Below are positions 27,933 through 37,769 of a DNA stretch of 64,000 nucleotides, piece by piece; position 1 is the first letter of the stretch, and the number at the start of each line of letters is the position of its first letter. The translations under genes were made by a program, and so were the position numbers. The DNA is from Thermoplasmata archaeon (GTDB taxonomy: Archaea; Thermoplasmatota; Thermoplasmata; Lutacidiplasmatales; UBA184), in the NCBI GenBank assembly GCA_021816865.1, contig JAKAWX010000001.1, positions 252,739 through 316,738 on the forward strand, read 5' to 3'. The notes under the pieces were generated by a model. The model saw nothing but the letters and a program-made list of their open reading frames with translations. It searched no databases and was not told the origin of the DNA.

Positions 27933-28825
27933 GCGCTGCCGTCCAGGGACCCTCGTACGGGCCGCGCGGCGGGTCGGGTCCCGGCGCGCCGGCGCCCCCA
28001 CCTCCCTGGGTCCCGAAGACCGAGCTGGGCCGCCGCGTCGCGGCCGACGAGGTCCGCACGATGAGCGAGGCGCTCGGCACGGGACTCCCGCTGCGCGAGC
28101 CGCAGATCGTCGACAAGCTCCTCCCGAACCTGCACGACGAGGTCCTCGACGTGAACATGGTCCAGCGGATGACCGACTCGGGTCGTCGGTTCAAGTTCGC
28201 CGTCACGGTCGTTGTCGGGAACGGCGACGGGTTCGTGGGCCTTGGCCGCGCGAAGGGTCGGGAGGTCGGCCCGACGATCCGTCGGGCGATCGACCGGGCC
28301 AAGCTCGAGATCGTCGAGGTGCTGCGCGGATGCGGCAGCTGGGAGTGCGGCTGCGGTCGGCCCCACACGCTCCCCTTCCTCGCCTCGGGACGCGTGGGCT
28401 CCGTGGTCGTCTCGTTCAAGCCGGCGCCGCAGGGCGTCGGGCTCGCCGTCGGCGACGTCGCGAAACCGATCCTCCGCTTCGCCGGCATCACCGACGCGTG
28501 GGGGTTCACCGAGGGCCACACGAAGACGACCGTCAACTACGCCCAGGCGGCCTACCGGGCGCTCGTCGACCTCTCGGGACTCAAGGTCCCCCAGACGGAC
28601 TCCGACCGTCTGAAGATCGTCCGAGGCCCCACCGGCACTTCGATCCTGCCGCCGAAGGAGGAGGGCGCGCGCCCGATCCGGGGCGGCCGCGGCGGTCGCG
28701 GGCGCGGCGGTCCGGGTCGGCGGCCGGGAGGCGGCCGTCCGCCCGGCCGCGGAGGTCCACCGACCGGCCGCGGGGGCCCGCCGTCGGGTCGCCGCCCGCC
28801 CCCCACGGGAGGGACTCCCCGATGA
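27929..28825 (+). CDS. rps5: 30S ribosomal protein S5 with an RGG-rich C-terminal tail
   Basis: WVPKTELG, VQRMTDSGRR and RGCGSWEC. Confidence 0.96.
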   Translation: MSAAVQGPSYGPRGGSGPGAPAPPPPWVPKTELGRRVAADEVRTMSEALGTGLPLREPQIVDKLLPNLHDEVLDVNMVQRMTDSGRRFKFAVTVVVGNGDGFVGLGRAKGREVGPTIRRAIDRAKLEIVEVLRGCGSWECGCGRPHTLPFLASGRVGSVVVSFKPAPQGVGLAVGDVAKPILRFAGITDAWGFTEGHTKTTVNYAQAAYRALVDLSGLKVPQTDSDRLKIVRGPTGTSILPPKEEGARPIRGGRGGRGRGGPGRRPGGGRPPGRGGPPTGRGGPPSGRRPPPTGGTPR

Positions 28826-29280
28826 CGTTCATGGTCGTACGCGTCCGGGGCTCGATCCACGCCCGTCATGACGTCACGGAGACGCTGCGCTACCTCCACC
28901 TGACCCGGGCGAACCACGCCACGGTGGTCCCGGAGGAGCCGAGCTACCGCGGGATGCTGACCACCGTCCAGGGGTACGTCACGTGGGGCGAGGCGGATTC
29001 CGAGACGGTCGGGCTCTTGCTGCGCCAGCGCGGAGAAGCCACCGGTGGCGAGCGCATTACTGCCGAGAACGCCGCGACCCTCCTCGGCGGGAAGGACCTC
29101 GCGGAGGCGTCCCGGGCCGTGACCGACGCGGGGATCGTCGGCCTCCACGGGCTCAAACCCCTCTTCCGCTTGAGGGCGCCGAAAGGGGGCTGGAAGTCGA
29201 CGAAGAAACCGTTCGCGCGCGGCGGGGCGCTCGGCTACCGGGGCCGGGCGGTCAACGACCTCGTCCGACGGATGGTGTAG
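28822..29280 (+). CDS. rpl30: 50S ribosomal protein L30
   Basis: VVRVRG, YVTWGE, FRLRAPKGG and GALGYRG. Confidence 0.95.
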   Translation: MTFMVVRVRGSIHARHDVTETLRYLHLTRANHATVVPEEPSYRGMLTTVQGYVTWGEADSETVGLLLRQRGEATGGERITAENAATLLGGKDLAEASRAVTDAGIVGLHGLKPLFRLRAPKGGWKSTKKPFARGGALGYRGRAVNDLVRRMV

Positions 29281-29290
29281 GGGAGGACGC

Positions 29291-29734
29291 ATGCCGAGTC
29301 GCACGCGGAAGTTCCGGGGACTGCGGACCCACGGCCGGGGCATCAAGGCCGGCCGCGGTGCCGGGAAGCAGGGCGGACGGGGGAACGCCGGCCTGCACAA
29401 GTACAAGTTCAAGTCGATGCTGATCTACGCGCCCGACCACTTCGGGCGCCACGGGTTCAAACGACCCCCCGAGATCGTCGAGCGGCCGACCGCGCTCAAC
29501 GTCGGCGAGCTCGACGCGTTCGTCCCCACCCTCGAGGCGGCGGGAGCCCTCTCGCGCGACGGGACGACGTTCGTCGCCGACCTCTCGAAGGCGGGGGTCG
29601 AGCGTCTTCTCGGCGGCGGAGGGACGGCGCGCCCGTGGAAGGTCTTCGTCGCCCACGCCTCGAAGCACGCCCGAACGAAGGTCACGGTGCTCGCGAAGGC
29701 CCCCGGCGACGCTCCGACCGCCGGGGCGCCGTAG
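29291..29734 (+). CDS. rpl15: 50S ribosomal protein L15
   Basis: RTHGRG, GGRGNAG and FGRHGF. Confidence 0.95.
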   Translation: MPSRTRKFRGLRTHGRGIKAGRGAGKQGGRGNAGLHKYKFKSMLIYAPDHFGRHGFKRPPEIVERPTALNVGELDAFVPTLEAAGALSRDGTTFVADLSKAGVERLLGGGGTARPWKVFVAHASKHARTKVTVLAKAPGDAPTAGAP

Positions 29735-29736
29735 AC

Positions 29737-29744
29737 TATATAAA
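29737..29744 (+). promoter_or_regulatory. Internal TATA box before secY
   Basis: TATATAAA right after the rpl15 stop, 26 nt before the secY ATG. Confidence 0.7.
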
Positions 29745-29770
29745 TCGGCCATCGGCTCGGCGACCATCTC

Positions 29771-31540
29771 ATGGCGGACGAGGAGATACCGCGGGACCCT
29801 CGCTGGGCCTTTCCGCTCCTCGTCATCGGCGTCATCGTCCTCTCGGTCGTCTGGTTCTGGGACCGACCGACCCCGGTCGCCTTCGGGATCGTCGGCGCCG
29901 CGGTGGCGGCGGTCCTCGCGCTCCTCTACCTAGGCCTGAGCTACAACGGGTCCCGGTCGAAGCTCTACGGTCTCAAACCGATCACGTCGAGGATGCCCGC
30001 GGTCTCCCAGCCGAAGGGCCACGTCCACTTCCGGACGAAGATGTTCTGGACGATCGGCATCCTGCTCCTCTACTTCCTGCTGACGAACATCTACCTCTTC
30101 GGGGTCGATCAGGCGACCGTCATCGACCTCTTCGCGAGCTACCGCGCGATCCTTGCGGGGGCGCAGGGCACGTTGATGCATCTCGGGATCGGCCCGATCG
30201 TGACGGGGTCGATCATCATGCAGCTGTTCACCGGCGCGAAGATCATCAACCTCGACCTGACCGACGACGAGGACAAGGGCATGTACCAGGGGGCCCAGAA
30301 GGTCGTCGTGATCGCGATGATCTTCATCGAGGCGGTCCCCCAGGTCTACGGCTACCTCACCCCGTCCGGTTCGCTGGTCGCGTCGCTCGGCGCGGCCTCG
30401 CCCGGCAACGGCCTCATGCTCGCGAACCTGGTGATCGTCGCCCAGCTCGTCTTCGGGAGCTACCTCGTCTTCCTGATGGACGAGGTCGTCTCGAAGTGGG
30501 GGATCGGCAGCGGGATCTCCCTCTTTATCGCGGCGGGCGTCTCCCAGCAGATCATCCAAGGGACGCTCAACTGGGTCCCCCAGAACCCGTCGGCCGCGAT
30601 CTCGGCGACCAACCCTCCGAGCGGGACGATCCCGAAGACGTTCTGGTTCCTCACCCACTACAGCGCCGGCGCGATGGCGAGCGGCGGCTGGGAGCAGGTG
30701 CTCCTGCGCCAGCCGAACCCGATCGTCGCGCTCGTCGGCACGGCGGCGATCTTCTTCCTCGTCGCCTGGACCGAATCGACGCGCATCGAACTCCCGCTCT
30801 CCCACGCCGAAGCGCGCGGCGCGCGCGGTCGCTACCCGCTGCGCCTGATCTACGCGTCGAACATCCCGGTCATCCTCATGAGCGCGCTGCTCGCGAACGT
30901 CTCGATGGTCTCGATCCTCCTTTGGACAAACCCGACGCTCGTCCACTTCCCGCTCCTCGGACACCAGTGGTGGATCGGGTCGTACCCGGCGAGCGCCGCG
31001 GCGGCCCAGGGGCTGGGCGTGAGCCAGACGACGCCCCTCGGAGGGGCGGCGTACTATCTCTCGACGGTCAACGGACTCGAGGCGTGGCTCTTGCCGATCC
31101 TGAACTACCAGCAGTACCAGGGCTTCCTCGTCGGCCACTCGGTCTGGCAAGGGCTGGCCCACGTCGCCATCTATTTCGGCGCCATGGTCGGCGGGTCGAT
31201 CCTCTTCGCGAAGTTCTGGATCCAGACGACCAACATGGGCCCCGAGGCCGTCGCCCGGCAGATCGAGGCGTCCGGCATGCAGATCCCGGGATTCCGCCGC
31301 GAGCCCCGGGTGCTGCGTCGGGTGCTCGAACGGTACATCCCCGTGATCACCGTGATCTCGGGGGCCGCCGTCGGGGCCCTCGCGGCCGGCGCGGACCTCA
31401 TCGGGACCCTCGGCAATGCGAGCGGCACGGGGGTCCTGCTCATGGTCGGGATCATCATCAACCTCTACGAGGCGATGGGGCGCGAGCAGTTGATGGAGAT
31501 GAACCCGCTCCTCCGCCGGTTCCTCGGAGGGGAGAGCTAA
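29771..31540 (+). CDS. secY: Preprotein translocase subunit SecY
   Basis: LGIGPIVTGSII, GIGSGISLFI, YASNIP and QIPGFRR. Confidence 0.97.
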   Translation: MADEEIPRDPRWAFPLLVIGVIVLSVVWFWDRPTPVAFGIVGAAVAAVLALLYLGLSYNGSRSKLYGLKPITSRMPAVSQPKGHVHFRTKMFWTIGILLLYFLLTNIYLFGVDQATVIDLFASYRAILAGAQGTLMHLGIGPIVTGSIIMQLFTGAKIINLDLTDDEDKGMYQGAQKVVVIAMIFIEAVPQVYGYLTPSGSLVASLGAASPGNGLMLANLVIVAQLVFGSYLVFLMDEVVSKWGIGSGISLFIAAGVSQQIIQGTLNWVPQNPSAAISATNPPSGTIPKTFWFLTHYSAGAMASGGWEQVLLRQPNPIVALVGTAAIFFLVAWTESTRIELPLSHAEARGARGRYPLRLIYASNIPVILMSALLANVSMVSILLWTNPTLVHFPLLGHQWWIGSYPASAAAAQGLGVSQTTPLGGAAYYLSTVNGLEAWLLPILNYQQYQGFLVGHSVWQGLAHVAIYFGAMVGGSILFAKFWIQTTNMGPEAVARQIEASGMQIPGFRREPRVLRRVLERYIPVITVISGAAVGALAAGADLIGTLGNASGTGVLLMVGIIINLYEAMGREQLMEMNPLLRRFLGGES

Positions 31541-32370
31541 TGAGCGACGACGCGGGCACGCCGCTGCCCTCGACCGAGCCCGACGACGAGGAGGAAGAGG
31601 TCGAGACGAGAGAGGACGGGGCCTCCGAGACCCCCGAGGAGACGGCGCGCCCGGCTCCGACCGCCCCGCCCCGGCCGGCGTTCAAGGTCTCCACGTTCGT
31701 CTACGTCTTCCTCGGCATGCTCGGGCTCTGGATGCTGATCGACACCAACGCCCGCAACCAGATCGGAGGGGCCCTCGGCACGAGCCCGGCCCACGCGGGG
31801 CCGCTCTACCTCGCGATCGGCTTCTCGTCGAACTACCTCCTCCTCACGATGGCGCTCGCCGGGGCCGTCGAGATGCTCGTCACCGCGCTGGCCTACAATT
31901 TCACGACCGACTGGGTGAAGGCCGCGAAGATCCAGAAGTGGAGCAGCGCGTTCCGAAAGGTGCAGATGGAGGCGGTCCGCTCGGGGAAGAAGGACCGCAT
32001 CGCGGCGCTCAAGCCCCACCAGGAGCGCCTCACCCGCCTCTCGAGCGAGGTCTCGATCGCGCAGTTCAAGGGGATGGCGATCACCTACTTCCTCCTCATC
32101 CTCATCTACACGTGGGTCGGGCTCGTGATCGCCGACGCGAACGTGGTGCAGCAGACGATCAGCCTCGGCGGGACGATCATCAATCTCACCTGCAACGTCG
32201 AGGGCTCGTCGTGCCATTCGGGGGGCCTCCCGATCCCGTGGTGGTTCCTCATCTTCAGCCTGTACACCGTCCCGTTCTCGATGATCTTCCGCCGGATCCT
32301 CAAGCACGTCTGGCTGCGGCGGTACGTGCAGAAGCAAGGTCTCTCCGGCTTGGCCGGGGGCTCGGCGTGA
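31540..32370 (+). CDS. EMC3/TMCO1 (DUF106) membrane insertase-family protein
   Basis: TM, coiled coil, QFKGMAIT and PWWFLIFSLY; position after secY. Confidence 0.82.
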   Translation: MSDDAGTPLPSTEPDDEEEEVETREDGASETPEETARPAPTAPPRPAFKVSTFVYVFLGMLGLWMLIDTNARNQIGGALGTSPAHAGPLYLAIGFSSNYLLLTMALAGAVEMLVTALAYNFTTDWVKAAKIQKWSSAFRKVQMEAVRSGKKDRIAALKPHQERLTRLSSEVSIAQFKGMAITYFLLILIYTWVGLVIADANVVQQTISLGGTIINLTCNVEGSSCHSGGLPIPWWFLIFSLYTVPFSMIFRRILKHVWLRRYVQKQGLSGLAGGSA

Positions 32371-32915
32371 TCCGGTCGGTCGTCACGATCGGGGGTCCGC
32401 CCGGCAGCGGGAAGTCGACGGCCGGCCGGCTCGCCGCCGAGCGCCTCGGGCTCGAGTACCGGTCCGCGGGGGAGGTCTTCCGCGCGGAAGCCCGACGGCG
32501 CGGACTGGACGTCGAGGCGTTCGGCCGGTTCGCCGAGACGCACCCCGACGTCGACCGCGACCTCGACACCGCGATGCAGTCGCTCGCGGTACCCGGCCGC
32601 CTGCTCGACGGCCGCATCCAGGGGGCGCTGTGCCGACGGCGCGGTGTCCCCGTCCACGACGTTGTCGTCACGGCGGACGAGGAGGAGCGGGTGCGCCGGG
32701 TCGCCGGCCGCGACCACCAACCGCTCGCGGAGGCGGCCCGGCGCGTCCGCGAGCGCGAGGCGAGCGAGCGCGGGCGCTACCGTCGCCTCTACGGGATCGA
32801 CCTCGAGACCGAGCGACCGGACCTCACGGTCGACTCGACGCACGCGGCGCCCGACGAGGTCGCCACGGCGATCGTCGAGTTCGTTCGCGCGCACGAGGCC
32901 GAGAGCGGCCGATGA
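32367..32915 (+). CDS. cmk: Cytidylate kinase (archaeal type)
   Basis: GPPGSGKST, SAGEVFR and RYRRLYGID. Confidence 0.9.
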   Translation: MIRSVVTIGGPPGSGKSTAGRLAAERLGLEYRSAGEVFRAEARRRGLDVEAFGRFAETHPDVDRDLDTAMQSLAVPGRLLDGRIQGALCRRRGVPVHDVVVTADEEERVRRVAGRDHQPLAEAARRVREREASERGRYRRLYGIDLETERPDLTVDSTHAAPDEVATAIVEFVRAHEAESGR

Positions 32916-33868
32916 GCGCGCCCCCGTCCTCCGACCCGGTCGACGCCCGGATCGCCGCCGGGGCGTTCCTCCTCGTCGACAAGCCCCGCGGGCCCTCCTC
33001 CCACCAGGTGACGGCGTGGGCCCGCGACCTCCTCGGCGTCGCGGTCGCCGGTCATGCCGGGACGCTCGATCCGAACGTCTCGGGAGTGCTCTGGGTCGGG
33101 GTCGGACCCGCGCTCAAACTGCTCCCGCTCGTCCTCGAGTTCCCGAAGCGCTACGTCGCGTCGGTCGTCCTCCACGGCGAGGTGCCGGACCGCGAGCTCG
33201 CGCGGGTCCTCGGCGAGTTCACCGGCCCGATCTACCAGACGCCCCCGGTCCGCTCCGCGGTGAAGCGCGAGCGGCGGGTCCGCACGGTCCACCGCCTTGT
33301 CCGGGTCGAGCGCGACGGACCGCGGCTCCTGCTCGACCTCGTCGCGGACTCGGGGACGTACGTGCGCACGCTCGCGGTCGACGTCGGGGAAGCCCTCGGC
33401 GTCGGCGGCCACATGGAGGAGCTTCGCCGGGTCTCCACCGGTCCGTTCGCCGAGTCGGCGTGCCGCCCTCTCACCGCGCTCGCCGACGCGGTCGCCGCCC
33501 GCCGCGCGGGCGACCCCGGGCCCCTCCTCGACCTCCTGCACCCGATCGAAGAGGTCTGGCGCGAGTTCCCGTCGGTGCTCGTGAAGGAGGGTGCCGCGAG
33601 CGCGCTCGCCCACGGCGCCGGGCTCGCGAGCGGCGGCGTCCTGTCGATCCCCCGGCCGTTCGAGCGGGGGGCGCGCGTCGCGCTCGTCACCCGGACGGGG
33701 GAGCTCGTCGCGACCGGCGTCGCCCAGTACGAGTCGCGCTCGATCGCTTCGGTCCGCCACGGGTGGGTCGTCGGGGAGACGCGGGTCTTCGTCGACCCCG
33801 AGCGGTTCCCCCCGCGCTGGGGCAAGAGGGCCCGACCCGCCGGCCGCGCCGCCGATATCGGGCGCTAG
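32912..33868 (+). CDS. cbf5: Pseudouridine synthase Cbf5
   Basis: DKPRGPSSHQV, GHAGTLDP, QTPPVRSAVKR, GTYVR and a PUA domain. Confidence 0.95.
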   Translation: MSAPPSSDPVDARIAAGAFLLVDKPRGPSSHQVTAWARDLLGVAVAGHAGTLDPNVSGVLWVGVGPALKLLPLVLEFPKRYVASVVLHGEVPDRELARVLGEFTGPIYQTPPVRSAVKRERRVRTVHRLVRVERDGPRLLLDLVADSGTYVRTLAVDVGEALGVGGHMEELRRVSTGPFAESACRPLTALADAVAARRAGDPGPLLDLLHPIEEVWREFPSVLVKEGAASALAHGAGLASGGVLSIPRPFERGARVALVTRTGELVATGVAQYESRSIASVRHGWVVGETRVFVDPERFPPRWGKRARPAGRAADIGR

Positions 33869-33898
33869 GGTTATCTCGCGGACCCCCTCGCCCGACCG

Positions 33899-36800
33899 AT
33901 GAGCGTGGGGACCCGAACGCACGGGGCCCGCGGCGCCCACCTCTTCGCGGGCCTCGCCCGAGGGATCACCCGCCATCCGTGGTACCCGATCCTCTTCTGG
34001 GTCGTGCTCCTCCTCCTCACGCTCCCGTTCCTCTCGCGGCTGGGGTCGGTCACGACCAATTCGACGACCGATCTCCCGACCAACGCCCCGAGCGCGCAGG
34101 CGAGCGCGGAGCTCGCCCGCTACTTCCCGAACGCGTCCGGAGGGTCGTCGACGATCCTCCTCTTCTACGGACCGGACCTTACGAACCGAACGGGCCAGGC
34201 GGTCGTCACCGGCGTCGCCGCCGCCATCGCCGCCGACCGATCGCTCGTCGACGTCGCGGGCGTCTCGACCGTCTACTCCCAGTATGCCCTCTACCTCGCG
34301 GGGCAGGTCCGCATCGCGTCGGGAGTGCTCGCGGGCGCCGAGAGCGCGTCGCCGTCGCTGACGAGCGCCGTCAATAGCTCGGCGGCCCTCCTCTGGGGCC
34401 CTCCCGCACTTTTCCTCGCGACGTTCGAGTCGCTCGTCGCCGGCGGCACCTCCCCCGCGAACGCGAGCGCCCCGGCCTACGCGACGACGAACGCGAGCCT
34501 TGGGAACCCGGCCGCGTCGGCCGTCCTCTCCGCGTTCTACCCCGAGTTCAACGTCACGGCCCGGTGCTGGGCGAACCTCTCCTCGCTCGTGGCGTGCACG
34601 GACGCTTCCGCACGGACGGGCGAGGCGCCGCTCCTTCCCGTCCTCTTCCCGGCGGCCGCGCAGCCGGTCGCCGCCGCCACCCTCGCCGGCGTCGGCGTCG
34701 AGAACTCGACGGCATGGTCGGCCGTCCAGTCGGTCGCCGTCGGCCTCCTCGGCCCCGAGACCGGGACCGTCCCCGCGTTCCTGCGTACCGTTTGGGACGC
34801 CTTCCCGGGGCTCGTCGTCGGCCCCGCCGCCGCGTCGTCCTACGCGAACGCGACCGTCGCGAACGCCACGCTCGCGACCGAGCCGCTGCCCGTCCCCTTC
34901 GGGATCCGGGCGTCGTACGTGAACCCGGCGGGGACGGCGTCGATCGTCTCGGTCGACTTCACGCGACCCGACTCCTACACGGATCCGAACGGAGGGCAAC
35001 CGGTCTACGCCGACCTCAACCGGATCGACACCCTCGTGCCTGGGGTCGTCACCGCCCTCGATCCGAGCGGGGGGATCGCCTACGTCCAGACCGGGCCGGC
35101 CCCCCTCGACCTCCTCACGCAGACCTCGGTGGATTCCTCGATCGCGCTCGTCCTCCCGCTCACGGTCGGGCTGCTGCTGGCGATCGCCATGCTCTACTTC
35201 CGGTCGCCGCTCACCCCGATCCTCACGTTCGCCGCGCTCGGGATCGCGCTCGTCCTTGGCCTCGGGGGAACCGTCCTGATCGGCACGCTCGTCGGGCACG
35301 TCGACACGACCTCGATCACCCTCGAGGAGGTCTTCGTGCTCGGCGTCGGGACCGACTACTCGATCTTCCTGGTCGCCCGGTACCGGGAGGAGCTCATCCA
35401 CGGCCGGTCGTCCGACGAGGCGATCGCCGCCTCGCTCAGTTGGGCCGGCCAATCGGTGGCGACCAGCGGCTCGACCGCGATCATCGCGACCCTCGCGCTC
35501 GCGTTCAGCGGCGTCGCCCTCCTCGAGCAGTGGGGCCGCGTCCTCTCCCTCGCGATCCTCGTGACCATGCTCGTGTCGCTCACGATGGTCCCGGCGTTCT
35601 TGAAGCTCCTCGGCCCGCGGATCTTCTGGCCGACGCACGGCGAGCGGTTCGAGCGGCACGCCCGTCGCGTCGGAAGCCGTCTCCAGAACGAGTCGACGTA
35701 CTTCTATCGGGTCGGCCGCGCGACGCAGCGCCGCCCCCGCACGGTCGTCGCGGTCCTCCTCCTCGTCTCGATCCCCCTCGTCGCGGTCGCGCTCACGGCC
35801 CCGCTCTCCTACGACTTCTACGCGCAGCTCCCCGGCGGGCACCCCGCCACCCAAGGCCTGGCGGAGCTCGGCGTCCAGTTCGGGAACGGCTTCGCGGTGC
35901 CGTCGTTCGCCCTCGTCACCTTCGCGTCGCCGCTCGTCGTCGGGAACGCGACGAACGCGAGCGAGTTCGCCGACGTCGGGGCCCTGACGGACGTCGCGAA
36001 CGCGACGCCCGGGATCGCCGCCGTCCCGTCGCTCGTCGGCCCGTACGGAGCACCGCTCGCCGACTGGCAGAACCTCTCCCACCTCCCCGCGGCCACGCAG
36101 GCGAACCTCCTCGGCGTCCTCTCGGGCTTCGTCGGGACCGACAACCGGACCGTCCTGATCGACCTCGTTCCCTCGTCGACCGGCCTCTCGGGCGAGGCCG
36201 TGACCGCGGTCCAGGCCGTCGAGAAAGGGTTCGCCGCGTTCGCGGCGGGCCACCCGGCCGTCGTCGCGACCGCGTACGGCGGGGGGGCGCCGGTGATCCA
36301 CGACCTCTCCGTGCAGACCGCGACCGCGACCCTCTTCCTCATCCTCGCCGTCACGGTCGGACTGGTCGTCGTCCTCCTCGCGGTGCTCCGGTCGGCGATC
36401 ATTGCGCTCATGGCGGTCGCGACGATCGGGCTGTCGATCGCGTGGGCGTGGGCGGTGAGCTACCTCGTGTTCGACCTCGTCCTCGGCTTCCCGCTCTTCT
36501 TCTACGTCCAGACGCTCCTCATCATCCTGGTCCTCGGCCTCGGGATCGACTACAACATCTTCCTGCTCACCCGGGTCCGCGAGGAACGCCTCAAAGGACG
36601 GCCGTCGGGCGACGCCGCGGTCGAGGCGGTCGCGCGCACGGGTGGGATCATCACGGCCGCCGCGATCATCCTCGCGAGCGCCTTCGCCGCCCTCCTCGTC
36701 GGGTCGTTCACGCTGATCCGCGCGATCGGGTTCTCGGTCGCGGTCGCCGTGATCTTGGACGCGATGGTCGTGCGGACGTACCTCGTCCCCGCCTCGCTCC

Positions 36801-36925
36801 AGCTCCTCGGCGAGCGGGTCTGGAGCGTCTTCGGCCGGCGCCGCGCGCCGAAGACGCCTCCCCCGTCCGCTCCCGGCGCCCCACGACCCTCGGACGCGGC
36901 CGGCGACGGGTCGGGCGCCCCCTAG
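33899..36925 (+). CDS. MMPL/RND family transporter
   Basis: GVGTDYSIFLVARYREE and GLGIDYNIFLLTRVREE repeats; many TMs. Confidence 0.92.
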   Translation: MSVGTRTHGARGAHLFAGLARGITRHPWYPILFWVVLLLLTLPFLSRLGSVTTNSTTDLPTNAPSAQASAELARYFPNASGGSSTILLFYGPDLTNRTGQAVVTGVAAAIAADRSLVDVAGVSTVYSQYALYLAGQVRIASGVLAGAESASPSLTSAVNSSAALLWGPPALFLATFESLVAGGTSPANASAPAYATTNASLGNPAASAVLSAFYPEFNVTARCWANLSSLVACTDASARTGEAPLLPVLFPAAAQPVAAATLAGVGVENSTAWSAVQSVAVGLLGPETGTVPAFLRTVWDAFPGLVVGPAAASSYANATVANATLATEPLPVPFGIRASYVNPAGTASIVSVDFTRPDSYTDPNGGQPVYADLNRIDTLVPGVVTALDPSGGIAYVQTGPAPLDLLTQTSVDSSIALVLPLTVGLLLAIAMLYFRSPLTPILTFAALGIALVLGLGGTVLIGTLVGHVDTTSITLEEVFVLGVGTDYSIFLVARYREELIHGRSSDEAIAASLSWAGQSVATSGSTAIIATLALAFSGVALLEQWGRVLSLAILVTMLVSLTMVPAFLKLLGPRIFWPTHGERFERHARRVGSRLQNESTYFYRVGRATQRRPRTVVAVLLLVSIPLVAVALTAPLSYDFYAQLPGGHPATQGLAELGVQFGNGFAVPSFALVTFASPLVVGNATNASEFADVGALTDVANATPGIAAVPSLVGPYGAPLADWQNLSHLPAATQANLLGVLSGFVGTDNRTVLIDLVPSSTGLSGEAVTAVQAVEKGFAAFAAGHPAVVATAYGGGAPVIHDLSVQTATATLFLILAVTVGLVVVLLAVLRSAIIALMAVATIGLSIAWAWAVSYLVFDLVLGFPLFFYVQTLLIILVLGLGIDYNIFLLTRVREERLKGRPSGDAAVEAVARTGGIITAAAIILASAFAALLVGSFTLIRAIGFSVAVAVILDAMVVRTYLVPASLQLLGERVWSVFGRRRAPKTPPPSAPGAPRPSDAAGDGSGAP

Positions 36926-37353
36926 AGGAACCGCGCGCGGGCGCGCTCGACGTGGCGGTCGGGCGAGCCGTCAACGACCTCGAGGACCTTCCCGGCGGCG
37001 TCGACGTGGAACGAGACGCGCCGCGCGACGCCGTGCGGCCCGAGGACGCCGTAGGCGGCGGCGACCGATTTCGACGCGTCCGCGATCAGCGGGAACGCCA
37101 GCCCGTACTTTCGGGCGAACGCTTTCTGGTCGGGGCAGTCGTCGGTGCTCACGCCGACGATGTGGACCTTCGCCCTTCGGAACTCCGCAAGGCGGTCCCG
37201 GAACCCCTTCGCCTCGGCGGTGCACCCCGGCGTGTCGGCCTTAGGGTAAAAATAGAGGACGACCGGCGCGCCGCGCAGCGAAGAGAGCTTGAACGGCGTA
37301 CCGTCCTGATCGGGCGCCTCGAACTCGGGAGCTGTCTCGCCGACCGCGACCAT
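36922..37353 (-). CDS. bcp: Peroxiredoxin, BCP/PrxQ type
   Basis: YFYPKADTPGCTAEA. Confidence 0.9.
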   Translation of the reverse strand: MVAVGETAPEFEAPDQDGTPFKLSSLRGAPVVLYFYPKADTPGCTAEAKGFRDRLAEFRRAKVHIVGVSTDDCPDQKAFARKYGLAFPLIADASKSVAAAYGVLGPHGVARRVSFHVDAAGKVLEVVDGSPDRHVERARARFL

Positions 37354-37412
37354 CGGGACGGTAGGGCCCCGGCGCTATTTCTGCTTGCGCGGCCGGCACA
37401 CGCCCGGCCCGG

Positions 37413-37649
37413 TCAGCCGGTCGCGACCGTCACGAGGGTCTCGGTCGACCGGATGCCCGGAACCCGCCGGATCCGGTGGACGACCGTGTCGAGCGCCGCG
37501 TTGATGTGCGCGGCCTCGACCTTGACGATGAGGTCGAACGGCCCCGTGACGGCCTGAACCTCGGTCACGCTCGGGATCGCGCGGATCCGCTTCAGCACGT
37601 CGTCGAGGCGGCCGACATCGGTTTCGATCAGGAGGTAGAGGGTCTCCAC
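37413..37649 (-). CDS. Stand-alone Lrp/AsnC ligand-binding domain protein
   Basis: VTGPFDLIVKV and IRSTETL. Confidence 0.85.
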   Translation of the reverse strand: METLYLLIETDVGRLDDVLKRIRAIPSVTEVQAVTGPFDLIVKVEAAHINAALDTVVHRIRRVPGIRSTETLVTVATG

Positions 37650-37769
37650 GGGCAGCGCGGCCTCTACCGCGCCGGGAGGTCTTCAACCTAGCGACCGGGG
37701 CCGGCGGCGCCGCCCGGGGCCTCCGCCCGGGGCGCGAGCGTCATAGCCGAGGCCGAGGTGCGCCTACCG

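Noticed and set aside
32912..33868. Possible intron in cbf5, as in some crenarchaea
   Set aside because: The frame is continuous through GHAGTLDP and no insert is seen.
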